Shown: positions 1 through 12,902 of the stretch, piece by piece
Layout of the letters: the number at the start of each line of letters is the position of its first letter
Numbering within the stretch: the first letter of the stretch is position 1
NCBI GenBank assembly: GCA_951406725.2
Contig: OX597827.1
Location: forward strand, 46,624,001-46,688,000
Direction: 5' to 3'
Source: Octopus vulgaris
Taxonomy: Eukaryota
Length of the DNA: 64,000 nucleotides
Translations under genes and position numbers: made by a program
The notes under the pieces: generated by a model
Seen by the model: the letters and a program-made list of their open reading frames with translations, nothing else
What the model was told of the DNA's origin: nothing
Database searches by the model: none

Positions 1-214
1 CGTTCCTCCTGTTTTGAATCTGTCACCACCTCAACCAGTCTCCTTCCAGTCCCCCCCCTCGTGATATCCTGCGTTTTTATCTCTTACGAACCTGTTCCAA
101 CCCCTCCCTGTCATCGTTCCTCCTTACCCCAACCTTCCCCGCTGGTGCTTCCCTATATTACCTGCACCCCCCCCCCACTTTCTCTCCCTCTCTTCTCACT
201 GGTGGAACCTTTCT

Positions 215-806
215 CAGCTGGACCCCCCAGACCCAGGAAGACATGGGATGAGGCAATCAAGCATGACCTCAGAGCGTTGGGCCTCACTGAGGCAATGGCG
301 AAGGACCGAGATCTCTGGAGATATGCTGTGACTGCAAAGACCCGGGCTGCTTCCTGCATCAGTTCCGCATAGCCCCTGCCCATTCAAAGTATCCCAGATC
401 GTCCCGCTGTGCTTGAGGAGACCTGTTGAGTCAAGTACATGAACACTCCGAACACCCCTCCCCACTGGTGCTCCCCTATATTTCTGCACCCCACCCCACA
501 TAAAAAGCACCATCCGAACGTGGCCGATGCCAGCACCGCCCCGACTGGCTTCTGTGCAGATGGCACATAAAAAGCACCAACCGACCGTGGCCGATGCCAG
601 ACCCCTCTGGCACCTGTGCAGGTGGCACGTAAAAAGCACCCACTACACTCGCGGAGTGGTTGGCGTTAGGAAGGGCATCCAGCTGTAGAAACACTGCCAG
701 ACCAGACTGGAGCCTGGGGCAGCCCCTGGCTCCCCAGACCCCGGTCGAAACCGTCCAACCCGTGCTAGCGCAGAAAACGGACGTTAAACGATGATGATGA
801 TGATGA
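215..806 (+). mobile_element. RTE-type LINE 3' end with repeat-containing 3' UTR and (GAT)n tail
   Basis: Peptide PRPRKTWDEAIKHDLRALGL...DRDLWR is a typical RTE-clade C-terminus; followed by GGCACGTAAAAAGCACC units and a (GAT)n tail shared with 8999-9538. Confidence 0.7.
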
Positions 807-1290
807 TATATATGTATATATATATATGTATATATATATATATGTATGTATGTATATATATATGTATATATATATATGTATATATATATGTATGTATATA
901 TATATGTATATATATGTATGTATGTATATATATATGTATATATATATGTATGTATGTATATATATATGTATATATATGTATGTATGTATATATATATGTA
1001 TATATATGTATGTATGTATATATATATGTATATATATGTATGTATGTATATGTATATGTATATATATGTATGTATGTATATATGTATATGTATATATATA
1101 TGTATGTGTATGTATGTATATGTATATGTATATGTATGTGTATGTGTATGTATGTATATGTATGTATATATGTATGTGTATGTATGTATGTATATATATA
1201 TGTATATATATATGTATATATGTATATATATGTATATATATGTGTATGTATATATATGTATATATATGTATATATATGTGTATGTATATA

Positions 1291-1331
<41 letters not shown>

Positions 1332-1350
1332 GTGTATGTATATATATATG

Positions 1351-1384
<34 letters not shown>

Positions 1385-1390
1385 TATATA
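807..1390. repeat. Compound (TA)n/(TATG)n microsatellite
   Basis: Directly visible. Confidence 0.98.
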
Positions 1391-2026
1391 TCATCATCAT
1401 CAGTCGTCTGCAGATCAAACTATAACATATATCATTCTCTGTCTCCAACAGCCCTTGTCCCCCATCAAGATTTTAATTTTAGAATCAGTTTATCCTTGTG
1501 TCTATTTGAGCACTTTTAGAAAGACCTTCATTTCTGCTCCTGTGTACCACCTACCTCCTGATGGTGAGCAAAATAAAAGCTTAGAAATGGGTCGCTGTCC
1601 AGCTCTATAGCAATGACCCAGCAAAGTGTAATCTTTTCTGCCGAATGGTGTCTGACAGCCGTGGCAGGCCTTTGTATATACATATATATCTCTGTTGGTT
1701 ATAAGATCTCTCCAGCTAATACTAAAAGTTCTTCTCAGTATATTAATATATTATCCATTTATTTTTTATTTCTATATTTTGTGTTAAAATCCAAGATTCT
1801 GCGTTGTGTGTAGCAGAATGCTTTCTACCCATGTGCTCTGAAAATTTTAAGTTTTAGTTTTCTGTCCATGTTAGACTTCCATATTTTGTCAAGCTTATTT
1901 ATTTTGGCCTATGTCAGTCTTTGCCTTACATTGTGGGTGGTTTAAAAAAAAATTTTTATGATATTCATGCTACATTGATCTCAAACTGCATATCTGATGC
2001 TTGTTGTCTTTTCTTTCTTGTTTCAG

Positions 2027-2110
2027 GTGGATAAATTCCATGCTTACTGTAAACCCACAATCAATCCACAGCTTACAAAGTTTTGTATAGAATTAACAGG
2101 TATCACCCAG
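2027..2110 (+). CDS. ERI1: ERI1-like 3'-5' exoribonuclease, internal coding exon (VDKFHAYCKPTINPQLTKFCIELTGITQ)
   Basis: Pyrimidine tract plus tttcAG acceptor ending at 2026; GTGAG donor at 2111; 84 nt, phase 0/0. Peptide matches the ERI1-family F..Y.KP...P.L..FC..LTGITQ motif. Confidence 0.9.
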
Positions 2111-2137
2111 GTGAGAATATTATTATTATTATTATTA

Positions 2138-2812
2138 AGGCAGATGCTTTGTGGCATTTCTTCCAACTTCACATTCTGAGTTCAAATGCCACTGAGGTTG
2201 ACTTTGCCTTTCATCTTTTCAGGCTCGATAAATTAAGTACTAGTGAAATACTGGGGTCAATATAATCCACTTGCCCCCTCCCCCAAAATTTCAGCCCTTG
2301 TTGCCTACAGTAGAAAGGATTATTCATCATCGTTTAGCGTCCGCTTTCCATGCTAGCATGGGATTATTATATATTACGGCAGTGAGCTAGCAGAATTGTT
2401 AATATGCTGAGCAAAATATGTTGCAGTATATCATGCATCTTTATGTTCTGAGTTCAAATTCTGCCGAGGTTGACTTTGCCTTTCATCCCTTTGGAGTCAA
2501 TAAAATAAGTACCAGTTAAAAACTGGGTAATGTTGATGTAATCAACTTGCTCCCTCTCTTGAACTTACTGGACTTCTTCGAAAATTTGAAATCATAATTA
2601 TTATTATTATTAAGGTAACTGGCAGGTAGATTTGTCAGAGCATTGGATAAGAATACCTTGCTGCTTCTATTGTAAGTTTGAAGCCCTCTGAAGTCATCTT
2701 TGCCTTTCGTCTTTTTTGGGGTCAATAATATAAAATACCAGTCAAATCCCGATGTTTAGATTGTCTCCCTTCAAAATTGCTGGCCTTGTGCCTAAATTAG
2801 AACTCATTATTA
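2138..2812 (+). mobile_element. Three diverged tandem copies of tRNA-derived SINE family 2 (intronic)
   Basis: Recurrent TTCTGAGTTCAAAT..GCCGAGGTTGACTTTGCCTTTCATC core (B-box-like); similar to 11034-11230 and 38477-38699. Confidence 0.75.
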
Positions 2813-3222
2813 GGGTGTTAGATTGACAGTATTGTTAGAGTATTGTGAAAAATGCCTTATGGTATTTGTTCAAACTTTTTACATTTTGAGTTCACGTCTT
2901 GTCTTTCTGTCATCTTCCATACTTGGAAACAAGTGATGGTTGATGACAGGAAGGGCTTCGGGCCATGGAAAATCTGCATCAGTGAATTTCATCTAACCCA
3001 TGCAAGCATGGAAAAGTGAATGTTAAAATCATGCTCATCATCAACATCATTTAACGTCTGTAGTCCATGCTGGCAAGGGTTGGACAGTTTGACCAAGAGC
3101 AGGCAAGCTGGGGAGCTACACCAGACTCCAGTCTGCTTTGGTGTGGTTTGTATGGCTGGATGCCTTTCCTAACACCAACCAATTTACAGTGTGTGCTTGG
3201 CACATTTTTGCGGCATTGCACA

Positions 3223-3815
3223 AGGCGCAGGAGTAGCTGTGTGGTAAGTAGTTTGCTTACCAACCACATGGTTTTGGGTTCAGTTCCACTGCGTGGTATC
3301 TTGGGCAAGCGTCTTCTACTATAGCCTCAGGCCGACCAAAGCCTTGTGAGTGGGTTTGGTAGACGGAAACTGAAAGAAGCCCATCATCTATATGTATATA
3401 TATAGGCGCAAGAGTGGTTGTGTGGTAAGTAGCTTGCTTACCAACCACATGGTTTCGGGTTCAGTCCCACTGCGTGGTACCTCGGGCAAGTGTCTTCTAC
3501 TATAGCTTCAAGCCGACCAAAGCCTTGTGGGTGGATTTGGTAGACGGAAACTAAAAGAAGCCCGTTGTATATATGTATGTATATATATGTATATATATTT
3601 GTGTGTCTGAGTTTGTCCCCCTGACATCGCTTGACAACAGATGCTGATGTGTTTACGTCCCTGTAACTTAGCAGTTCGGTAAAAGAGACCGATAGAATAA
3701 GTGCCAGGTTTACAAAGAATCAGTCTTGGGTTTGATATGCTCGACTAAAGGTGGTGCTCCAGCACGGCCACAGTTAAATGACTGAAACAAGTAAAAGAAT
3801 AAAAGAGTAAAGAGT
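3223..3815 (+). mobile_element. SINE family 1 (bipartite, internal microsatellite) with duplicated 5' half
   Basis: Head GGCGCAGGAGT.GCTGTGTGGTAAG...GGTTCAGTCCC at ~3223 and ~3404; 3' half ends GGTGCTCCAGCA.GGCCACAG...TGACTGAAAC plus (AAAAGAGT)n-like tail. Confidence 0.85.
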
Positions 3816-4134
3816 GTTTTTATTGGCACTGTGTGAACACTTTTACATGGTTGCTTTTAAGTGGCATCACTATGAGAGTTTTTCACCACCAGGGGGACCA
3901 ATTTTAACATTTCTACTGTGGTAGTAATTTTATCAAGAAATCTACAGCCTCCCCATCACTCCAGACAAGAAGGAGTATATTTTAATATATATTAACGAGC
4001 TTCCATTTATTAATCTGAAGGAAATTCCTATGATAGTTTGTCTTATATATCTACAAACAATACAAGCAAATCTTGTGTAACGTGTGACAAAATTGCATGT
4101 GAAATACATGCTAAAAAAAAAAAAATTAATGAGT

Positions 4135-4310
4135 AGGCACAGGAGTGGCTGTGTGGTATGTAGCTTGCTTACCAATCACATGGTTCCGGGTTCAGTCATA
4201 CTGTGTGGCACCTTGCGCAAGTGTCTTCTACTATAGCCTCGGGCTGACCAAAGCCTTGTGAGTGGATTTGATAGATGGAAACTGAAAGAAGCCTGTCGTA
4301 TATATGTATA

Positions 4311-4355
<45 letters not shown>

Positions 4356-4516
4356 ATGTATATATATATGTATGTATATGTATATATATATATATATGTA
4401 TGTATATGTATATATATATGTATGTATATGTATATATATATATATATGTATGTATATGTATATATATATGTATGTATATGTATATATATATATATATGTA
4501 TATGTATATATATGTA

Positions 4517-4606
<90 letters not shown>

Positions 4607-4614
4607 TATATATG

Positions 4615-4647
<33 letters not shown>

Positions 4648-4870
4648 GTGTGTGTTTATGTGTCTGTGTTTGTCCCCCACAACATTGCTTCACAACCGAT
4701 GCTGGTGTGTTTATGTCCCCGTAACTTAGCGGTTCAGCAAAAGAGACCGATAGAATAAGTACTAGGCTTATAAAGAATAAGTCCTGGGGGGTCGATTTGC
4801 TCAACTAGAGGCGGTGTTCCAGCATGGCCACAGTCAAATTACTGAAACAAGTAAAAGAGTAAAAAGAGCA
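4135..4870 (+). mobile_element. SINE family 1, full length, with expanded internal (TA/TATG)n (~4298-4660)
   Basis: Same head and tail as 14757-15162 and 44627-45048. Confidence 0.88.
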
Positions 4871-4983
4871 ATGGGTTTTATGAAATAGAAGAGTATTTTT
4901 AAATGTATTTATTTTATTTTCTATGAAACATAACTGTAATTTTAAATGAATTTGAATTTTATGTGTGGCCATTATTGTTTCAG

Positions 4984-5117
4984 GAAACTGTCAACAATGC
5001 GCAAACATTTCCTCTGGTTATGTCACAAGCTCTACAATGGCTTTTATCAAAAGGTTTACTGACCTCTGTCTCAAACAGTTCACATCGAAGAAATAAATTT
5101 GCTATTGTGACTGATGG
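4984..5117 (+). CDS. ERI1: ERI1-like exoribonuclease, internal coding exon (ETVNNAQTFPLVMSQALQWL...FAIVTDG)
   Basis: tttcAG acceptor ending at 4983; GTAAG donor at 5118; 134 nt, open and in frame with the previous exon; ends in phase 2 within the TDG of the ExoII motif. Not in the ORF track. Confidence 0.9.
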
Positions 5118-5775
5118 GTAAGAAAATGCCTCTTTGATAATTTCACCTTTTCGCATTTAAACCTGTCACATCCACCCGAAATATTCTATCTGTTTTATGT
5201 TCAAACTGTCCAGATTTAGCTTCTCTCACTTACCCTACAATATCCATTCTAAAAATAAACTATCACATCCATTGAAATCTCAAAGCTACGAAATAATGCA
5301 TGATTAGTTCAAAACGATCTGAATAAATAAACAATACATTTGACAGAGGAATTTGAATGCTAAAGGGTTAAAAACACAAAAAATAATTTGTTTGTTTGTG
5401 TGGGTAAGGTGTTGGTTTATGGACCTCATTGTCATTGTACAGCAGCAAGTGTGTTAATTCATTTTTTAAAATGGTTTAAATCATAAGAAGGGAAGAACCT
5501 TTGATCCCTTTTCAAGGAACTGGTGAGAGAAAGGGAGGAAGTTATCCTTACCCAGGAAACTTGGCTCAAATGCTTTTAGCAGAGAGGGTGGGGTGGGGGT
5601 GGGGCATGCACACACACACCTTTTTTTTTAAAGGTACTCAATAACCAGGTGTTAGCATTCGACTAAAAGATGGATTAAATTAACTACTGAGAACAAGAAT
5701 AATTCCTTCAGTAGGCTTCGACACAGTTTCCATCAACCAAATTTCACTCACAAGGCTTTGGGTTGACCTGTTACG

Positions 5776-5807
<32 letters not shown>

Positions 5808-5817
5808 CTTAGGTTAG

Positions 5818-6125
5818 GAGCACTCCATCGGTTACGACAATGAAGGTCCCAGCTGATATGATCAACGGAACAGCTTGCTCATGAAATTAACGTGCAAGTG
5901 GCTGAGCTCTCCACAGACACGTGTACCCCTAACCTAGTTCTCAGGGAGATTCAGTGTGACGAGGCTGGCCCGTTTTGAATTACAGGTACCACTCATTTTT
6001 GCCAGCTGAGTGAACTGGAGCTACAAGAAATAAAGTGTCTTGCTCAAGGACACAATGTATCGCCGGGAATTGAACTCATGACCTTACAATCGTGAGCCAA
6101 ATACCCTAACCACTAAGCCACACAC
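5818..6125 (-). mobile_element. tRNA-derived SINE family 3
   Basis: Minus-strand head TGGCTTAGTGGTTAGGG...GAGTTCAATTCCC (A/B boxes); homologous to 26050-26372 (+) and 44172-44490 (-). Confidence 0.85.
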
Positions 6126-6316
6126 ATGCCATCAGATAAGATACATTATCATGAGTGAGTATCAAACACAGCAGTGTTTTTGCATGAGAAAAAAGAAAGA
6201 TATCGTGTGTGTGTGCACTTGCTTTCATTTTCATTCTATCTGTATGCGTATGTACCTGAAAACTTGTCACGGTAATTCCAGCTCATGTTAATGCATTTTT
6301 CCATTATATTTTTCAG

Positions 6317-6818
6317 ACCCTGGGACATGGGACGTTTTCTTTACTACCAGTGCCAGTACAGTGGGGTGCAGTTTCCACGATGGGCCCGTCGCTGGATCAA
6401 CATACGACGGCGCTATGAGAGTTTCTACAGTTGCAAGAAAGTAGGTGGTCTGAAAGGCATGCTGGAAATGATGGGGATGTCTTTCGAAGGCCAGCTGCAC
6501 TGCGGACTTGATGATGCGTACAACATTGCCAGGATTGCATTGCGACTGATGGCCGACGGATGCTGTTTGAAGATAAACGAATATCTCAATGCACCAATTG
6601 TGGATGTATCATCATCATCATCGTCAACAACAGCAGCAGCAGAAGGATCGACATCGGTATCTGCTGCGCAAAGCAATTCAGAAGACAGCGATTCCTCTGA
6701 CGACAACACCAATGGCAAAATAAAATCAGTCACAGTTTCAGCCAGAAAGACTTCAGCGCCGACTCACTCGGTAGACATTGATGTAGCGAAAGAAATGAGC
6801 AAACTAAGTGTTGACTAA
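6317..6818 (+). CDS. ERI1: ERI1-like exoribonuclease, last coding exon (GPWDM...FEGQLHCGLDDAYNIARIA...stop)
   Basis: tttcAG acceptor ending at 6316; the phase-2 join restores TDGPWDM; carries the DEDDh ExoIII motif HCGLDD; TAA stop at 6816-6818. The 5' exons with the ExoI motif are not seen and probably lie upstream of the window. Confidence 0.92.
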
Positions 6819-7194
6819 CCCTTAGGTTTATGGTTCTTCCACCTCGATGAAGACATATTGGGAATTGTCCTTTTACCATCGACTGTGATTCGCACTTCTC
6901 AGATTCTGTGATTTCAAATGATTGTCTTTCAGTTTGGTGTCTCAACAATCAAGGTCAAGTTGTTTCCAGCCATTATTGGAAGAAGCTTTAAAGACTTGAA
7001 TTGCATACATTAAATTCTTTTTTTATTTATATTCATTGCTGGTTTTCTTTCCCATTTTTGTTTCATCTTTTAAAAAAATTCTATTTTAATTTCTTCTAAT
7101 TTTTCTTCTCATTGTTATTGTTGTTACCATCACTGTCCTCTCCTTCCTGCTCCTCCTCCTCTTACCATTTTTTTGTCGACATACTCTGCCTTTA

Positions 7195-7562
7195 TAACCT
7201 CCACCTTACCATAAGCAGAGGTATTGTATTCAGTTACGTTTGTTTGTTTGCTTGTGGGCAAGATATCTCAAGAACCGCTGGATGAATTCGTATGAAACTT
7301 TCAGGGATGTTTGGCCTTCTAACTGGCACGAACTGATTAGATTTTGGGATCAATCTGCTTCCAGACAAGGATTCTGGATTATTTTTCTGTTCTTTTTTAC
7401 TTAATTTTTTAGAGCAGTCAGCTTCATTTTTAGTATCCTCGTTTGTGAGAGCAGTTGAGTTTATTTCAGATATTCTTATTTTAAAAATCATCTCTGGCTA
7501 ATTGTTGAGAGGACGTTGGTGTTGCCTTGGTCTAGGTTTGCACTCTCTGAGTGCTCTTGTTA
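7195..7562 (+). mobile_element. Probable Helentron-associated (HINE/DINE-like) non-autonomous element
   Basis: Starts ACCTCC...GAGGT followed by (GTTT)n and ends with the hairpin GCACTCTCTGAGTGC plus TCTTGTT; architecture recalled for HINE-type elements. Confidence 0.5.
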
Positions 7563-8998
7563 TAATTAATATAAAAAATAATGGCAATGTTATTAAAATA
7601 ACTTCATTATTAACACTGTATCTAACTTTACCTTCCACCTGGGCTCCTGTGCAACAGTAATGATTGCAGGTAAAATTAATGGACAGAATCACAAAAAAAT
7701 TCAGGTGAATAACAATAATAGGCCTATCTCTTAACTACCATATTTGTTCATTGCAGGCAAACTAATGGACAGAATCACAGAGCGGGGCTGGGGGATTCCC
7801 AGGAGAATAACAGTAATAGGTCTATCTTTCAACTACTGTATTTGTTCACCTGAATTGCCACTTTCACCAGTTGGTAAAAAAAGAGACGGAGTGGTCAAGG
7901 GTGTACCGCCTTTGATTGTGGGTCTGTTTGATCAAGGCTAAAGAGTAAAAGAATAACAACAGATGTTTGCACGAGTCATTGAAGAGTCCTTAGAAGCCGC
8001 TTGACTTGTTTGAAATAACAGCTAAATTCTTGAATCACACTGGATGATATTGTTTTGGAATAATAATAAAAAAGAGGATGGTTATAGTTGGAACACCAAT
8101 GATCGTAAGTCTGGTTGATCAGGGCTAACGTGGGACTAAACAGCAACAGTATCAACAACAATAATAATGTTGTTGTAGCCGTCCAAGAATTTGGACCTGG
8201 AGATCTCCATTTCCAGTGACTTCGAGGGCCACCTCCTAGTGGTGTCGGGCGTCAACGAAGAACCCTGGACTACAACAAGACGACCCAAAGTTTTTTTTTT
8301 TTTCCAAGGTCTGGGGTCTTCTGCCCCTAAGCCCTAGACCATCACCTAATCACCCTTACCCGTCTTGTTGCTTAACAACAACAACAACAGCAGCAGCAGT
8401 GATTACTTGAAAAAGAAAAGGAACATTACGTAACTGCACTTAATGGATTTTGTGTTGTGAAAGAGGAAGACAATTTATTTAACAACATTGACAGCGATTA
8501 TGGCAATTGTTTCATTAATTCATGCACATAACTGGATAAAGTAGTTCTAGCCATTTAAGCATAACAGCAGAAGTTTATGGGGCAGTTGCTAGCAGGGGTT
8601 CATCCATCTGTTCTGTTTGGAGAGAATGTAGGAATTCATAGAAATAGTATTCAAACTTGCGTTGAATCAAGCAAAATTGATTAGAGGAGGTGAAAGGATG
8701 AAATCAAGGGACATGGGGTTAACAATTAGTTTGATTCAGCCATTGCAAAGAAGCCGTTTGTTGTCAGGTGTTGCTTGGACAGCGAATAGTGCAAACTTTT
8801 GAGCTATTACTTGTCTGAACTAGCACTCATGTATTTGTTGCATTTGGAAGATTTGCAGATTGAGAAAGTTGGGCTCTACTGGCGAACCACTTCCAATGTA
8901 CCCTCTACCAAACAGTGGAACTGTGTAGCATGAAACGGTGCATCAAAGCGAATTATCCTGTGTCTGCACCAGACTCAGGATAATTCACTATTTTGATC

Positions 8999-9538
8999 CC
9001 AGCGCCGCCTTGACTGGCTTCCGTACCGGTGGCACGTAAAAAGCACCAACCGATCGTGTACCGTTGCCAGCCTCTCCTGGCACCTGTGCCGATGGCACGT
9101 AAAAAGCACCATCTGTACGTGGCCGATGCCAGCCCCACCTTGTCTGGCTTCCGTGCCGGTGGCACTTAAAAAGCACCAACCATTCGTGGCCGTTGCCAGC
9201 CTCCCCTGGCACCTGTGCCGATGGCACGTAAAAAGCACTATATGTACGTGGCCGATGCCAGCGCTGCCTTGACTGGCTTCCGTGCCGGTGGCACGTAAAA
9301 AGCACCAACCGTTCGTGGCCGTTGCCAGCCTCCCCTGGCACCTGTGCCGGTGGCACGTAAAAAGCACCCACTACACTCACGGAGTGGTTGGCGTTAGGAA
9401 GGGCATCCAGCTGTAGAAACACTGCCAAATCAGACTGGAGCCTGGTGCAGCCACCTGGCTTTCCAGACCCCGGTCGAACCGTCCAACCCATGTTAGCTTG
9501 GAAAACGGACGTTAAGCGATGATGATGATGATGATGAT
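8999..9538 (+). mobile_element. RTE-related 3' segment with six alternating 62-67 nt tandem units and (GAT)n tail
   Basis: GGCACGTAAAAAGCACC (or one-base variants) at 9031, 9094, 9161, 9223, 9290 and 9352; 3' part nearly identical to 620-806. Confidence 0.8.
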
Positions 9539-10427
9539 TGTTTCATGCTTACCTCTTTACAAAGTTAACTCCCTTGAGTTACATAGTCTAAGGGAAATAA
9601 CTCCAGAACTAGCATTATTTTTAAATAGTTAATATTCAAAATGAACGTGAACGCGTTCGGTGTTGTTGGATAAGGGTGTATTTTTTTTTTTATCTCTCAA
9701 TTATATTATCGTGAGTTCAATTCTTTGACCGGATGGTGCGTTGTGACCTTGGACAAGGCAATCCATTTCATGTTGCTGCAGCCCTGCCGACTGTTGGATC
9801 AGTTCTTTCGTCCTCCAGCTGTTATCCTGGAAGTGCTGCTGGGTAAAAACGGAAGGTGTCTATTATTTCTGCTTATGACTTCATGGGCACCCAAAACAAT
9901 TAATAAAAGCATGATGCTTATTACCAAGCCGTACTCGCTCGCCCGTGACGGCTGGATTTTAGCAATACATTAAGAAATTGTAACTGCATGATGTACAAAT
10001 CAGTTGAGATTGATTAAACATCGGAGTATTTAAACTAGCCACGGGCAAACTGCGACCCGCGGGACTTTCTGAATGGCACGCTTAACGAAAAATTACTTTG
10101 AATGATATTAGAGATAGTGCGGTTCGCCTGATGATGAGCCATTTCTAAAACGGCCCGCTTCTCGAAGAAGCTTTGTCCATGCCTGATACTGAGTTCATTA
10201 TTTTGAATTACGTTGACTTTTAAACACGATGCCAAATATTATTGCTGCAGTTGATTCCTGTACGAGACTGGTACTTATCTTATCGGCCCTGAAAAGATTA
10301 AAGATGAAGTTGAACCCGATAGGATGCGAACTCGCGGCGTAACCGAATGCCAACAAAGCATTTGGTTTCATACGCATCGATTTTACAACCTCACCGTTGT
10401 TGATGATATAATACTGTTTATAGTATT

Positions 10428-10481
<54 letters not shown>

Positions 10482-10509
10482 TAATCAGCGGGTGTTTGTG
10501 CACACACAT

Positions 10510-10775
10510 ACATGATGGCGGTTCACTCGTGATCGAGGAAGACCATTGCTGACCTTCAGGAACATTGTGCGCTCTAGGACTAACTTATATTTTGCATTTG
10601 CGGCTCCGTTGGTGGCTTATGAGCCCTGCTCTTGACAAGCATACACGATTGCAAACCAAGCTTTCCCCATTCACTACACCAGCAATGCGCTTTCGTGCAG
10701 CACGCTTAAGTTCTTCATGCAGAATACGTTCTCTCACAAAGGTGTCGACTCCCTCCCTCCATACATGTATGCATG
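10510..10775 (-). mobile_element. RTE LINE 3' fragment (C-terminal zinc-finger-like region)
   Basis: Peptide WREGVDTF...CNRVCLSRAGLISHQR resembles the RTE/BovB-type C-terminus. Confidence 0.65.
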
Positions 10776-11033
10776 CATGGACGCTAGATAACCGATTAGT
10801 TGAAAAATTTGCCTCACAGTCGCGAGGTCTCAGGTTCAATTCCACTGTATGACACCATGGGCAAGTATTTTTTCCCTTTTACTGTATTTTCGGGTTGACT
10901 CAAAGTGGGTTAACGGAAACTATGTAGAATCCCGTCGGATGGATGATACCTGTGGTGTAAAGATCCGTTCTTCTCACATATTAAGTCATCTTGATCCTGT
11001 TTGTGAATTTCATTAAGAATATACGTGTCTGTG

Positions 11034-11230
11034 AAGGTGGCAAGCTGGGCGAAATGCTTAGCGGTAGTTCGTTTGTCTTTATGTTCTGAGTTCAAATTCC
11101 GCCGTGGTCGACTTTGCCTTTCACTCTTTCGGGGTCGATAAATTAAGTACCAGTTGCGTACTGGAGTCGATCTAATCGACTGACCTCCTTCTCAAAAATT
11201 TCGGGCCTTGTGCCTTGAGTAGAAAAGAAT
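11034..11230 (+). mobile_element. SINE family 2 with target-site duplication
   Basis: Flanked by the direct repeat AAGAATATACGTGTCTGTG at 11015-11033 and 11225-11243. Confidence 0.88.
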
Positions 11231-11873
11231 ATACGTGTCTGTGGAATGGTCAGTCACTTTACACGCTAATTCTGTAAAATGATCGAATAAGTTGATTCCT
11301 ATCGTCGAAACCGACGGAGATCCATTTTTCATTACCATTATATCTGATGTTGTGAACTATGGCTAACCACACTGATCGGCTCAATGTTGGATCTAGGGCA
11401 ACAAACTTCAGCTTAGACGCTCACAATCCGTAGACAGTTCAAATTAATTAAAAAGGCATATTTTTTTAGTATCTATGATCTGGAGAACTTTCTTAATAAG
11501 AGTCTTTTGAAATTTATATAGCTTCGGGTCTCACCTGTCTAAAATCAGCACCAAATAAGGTCAACATTTTATATTCCAATGGACAGTTGTAATTTCTAAT
11601 TATACTGGACATTTAGCCGTAAATATATAAAACAAGGGAGCACAGTTTGTTCCTTTGCTATGAGTAATGGAAATTTGTGGAATTGGCACATTTCTTCATT
11701 TACTTTCCATTTGTTTTCCATTAAGTGGAATTCCGTAGCAGAATGGATCCCATTGTGGTGGTAAAGTTAGCGACGTTAAGTAGCAGGAGCACTCTTTAAG
11801 TAACGTGTGTTTAAATTTCACTGCTGGTAATTTTATTTTCTGCTCAATTTAGAGTAATTAACATTTTAGAAAG

Positions 11874-12160
11874 TGGAGGCACATGGCCTAGTAGTTAGAG
11901 CAGCGGACTCGCGATCGAGGGATCGCGGGTTCGAATCTCAGACCGGGCGATGTGTATGTTTATGAGCGAAACACCTAAGTTCCACGTGGCTCCGGCAGAA
12001 GGTAATGTCGAACTTCTGCCGACTCTTTCGCCACTCTTTCCTCCTGCATCTTGCAGCTCTCCTGCGACGGACCGGCGTCCCGTCCAGGTGGGGAACCTAT
12101 ACGCCAAGGAAACCGGGAAACTGGCCCTTATGAGCAAGGTATGGCTCGAGAAGGAACAAA
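11874..12160 (+). mobile_element. tRNA-derived SINE family 4
   Basis: Head GGAGGCACATGGCCTAGTAGTTAGAGCAGCGGACTCGCGATCG...GGTTCGAATCTC; homologous to 16780-17080. Confidence 0.85.
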
Positions 12161-12289
12161 CAATATTTTAGAAGGAGTTGAGATCTGTAGTGTCCCTCTG
12201 AGCTCACTAATGAATATGCTAATGAAACCGGTCAAATTAGGTACTGGTGGGGCATGTGCCATTGCTGAACGTCAGTGCATTCACCATTT

Positions 12290-12680
12290 GTCAGTATTTG
12301 GTCGGATCGTTGCGGGCAACCCTGCGAACGGTGTCCCAATCAGTCCTCATCTTTGCGAGACACTTCCTCATCCGGCGTGACTATGAGGCATGTGGCCGAT
12401 CGGCACGAGCTGTCTCTCCAGCCGGATCCCCAGAGATGAGAACACGATACGCAGGATTCAACTCGGAAGATCGAGTAACACTCCCGAATCATACAAGAAA
12501 TAAGACGCATCTGAGTTTCTGAGCTTAGTCGTTGGTTGGATACGAAATCCGACTAATGGTTATCCATAATCCTGTGAAGCATCCTGGTACCAAAGAAGTT
12601 CAGGCGGCTCATAAGGGCCCCGGATATTGTCCAAGTTTCGCATCTATTGAGCAAGACGGGGAAGACCAGAGACCTCTCTA
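12290..12680 (-). mobile_element. Decayed RTE LINE ORF fragment
   Basis: Minus-strand translation LVFPVLLNRCETWTISGALMSRLNFFGTRMLHRI...*SDFVSNQRL matches the RTE motif VLLYGCETW...LRRI...W.D.VSN. Confidence 0.7.
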
Positions 12681-12730
12681 ATTACATTATTTACATTTGA
12701 AGGATATTTGTCCTCATCTTGTTTGTTGTT

Positions 12731-12777
12731 AACACAACGTTTCAGCTGATATACTCTCCAGCCTTCATCAGGTGTCC
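12731..12777 (-). ncRNA. Type-I minimal hammerhead ribozyme motif
   Basis: Minus strand: GGACAC CTGATGA a GGCTG gagagtatat CAGCT GAAA CG TT GTGTT. Intact core, stems I and II pair, palindromic ACGT stem III. Confidence 0.8.
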
Positions 12778-12902
12778 TGGGGGAATTTCGAACCTGGGAT
12801 CTCATTCCTAAGGTATTTTTCAATTTGTTGTTGTTGTTATTATTATTATTATAACCTTGAAAAATACCTCAGGAACAAGAACATAGGTTCGAAATTTCCT
12901 CA

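Noticed and set aside
2027-6818. Functional coupling between ERI1 and the neighbouring ribozyme/hairpin elements
   Set aside because: Only proximity in a repeat-rich genome; no sequence evidence.
8999-9370. CRISPR-like repeat-spacer appearance
   Set aside because: The apparent spacers recur alternately, there are no cas genes, and the context is a eukaryotic retroelement.
11874-11950. tRNA gene-like sequences at SINE heads (also 16780 and 26050)
   Set aside because: A/B boxes continue into SINE bodies with no complete cloverleaf or terminator.
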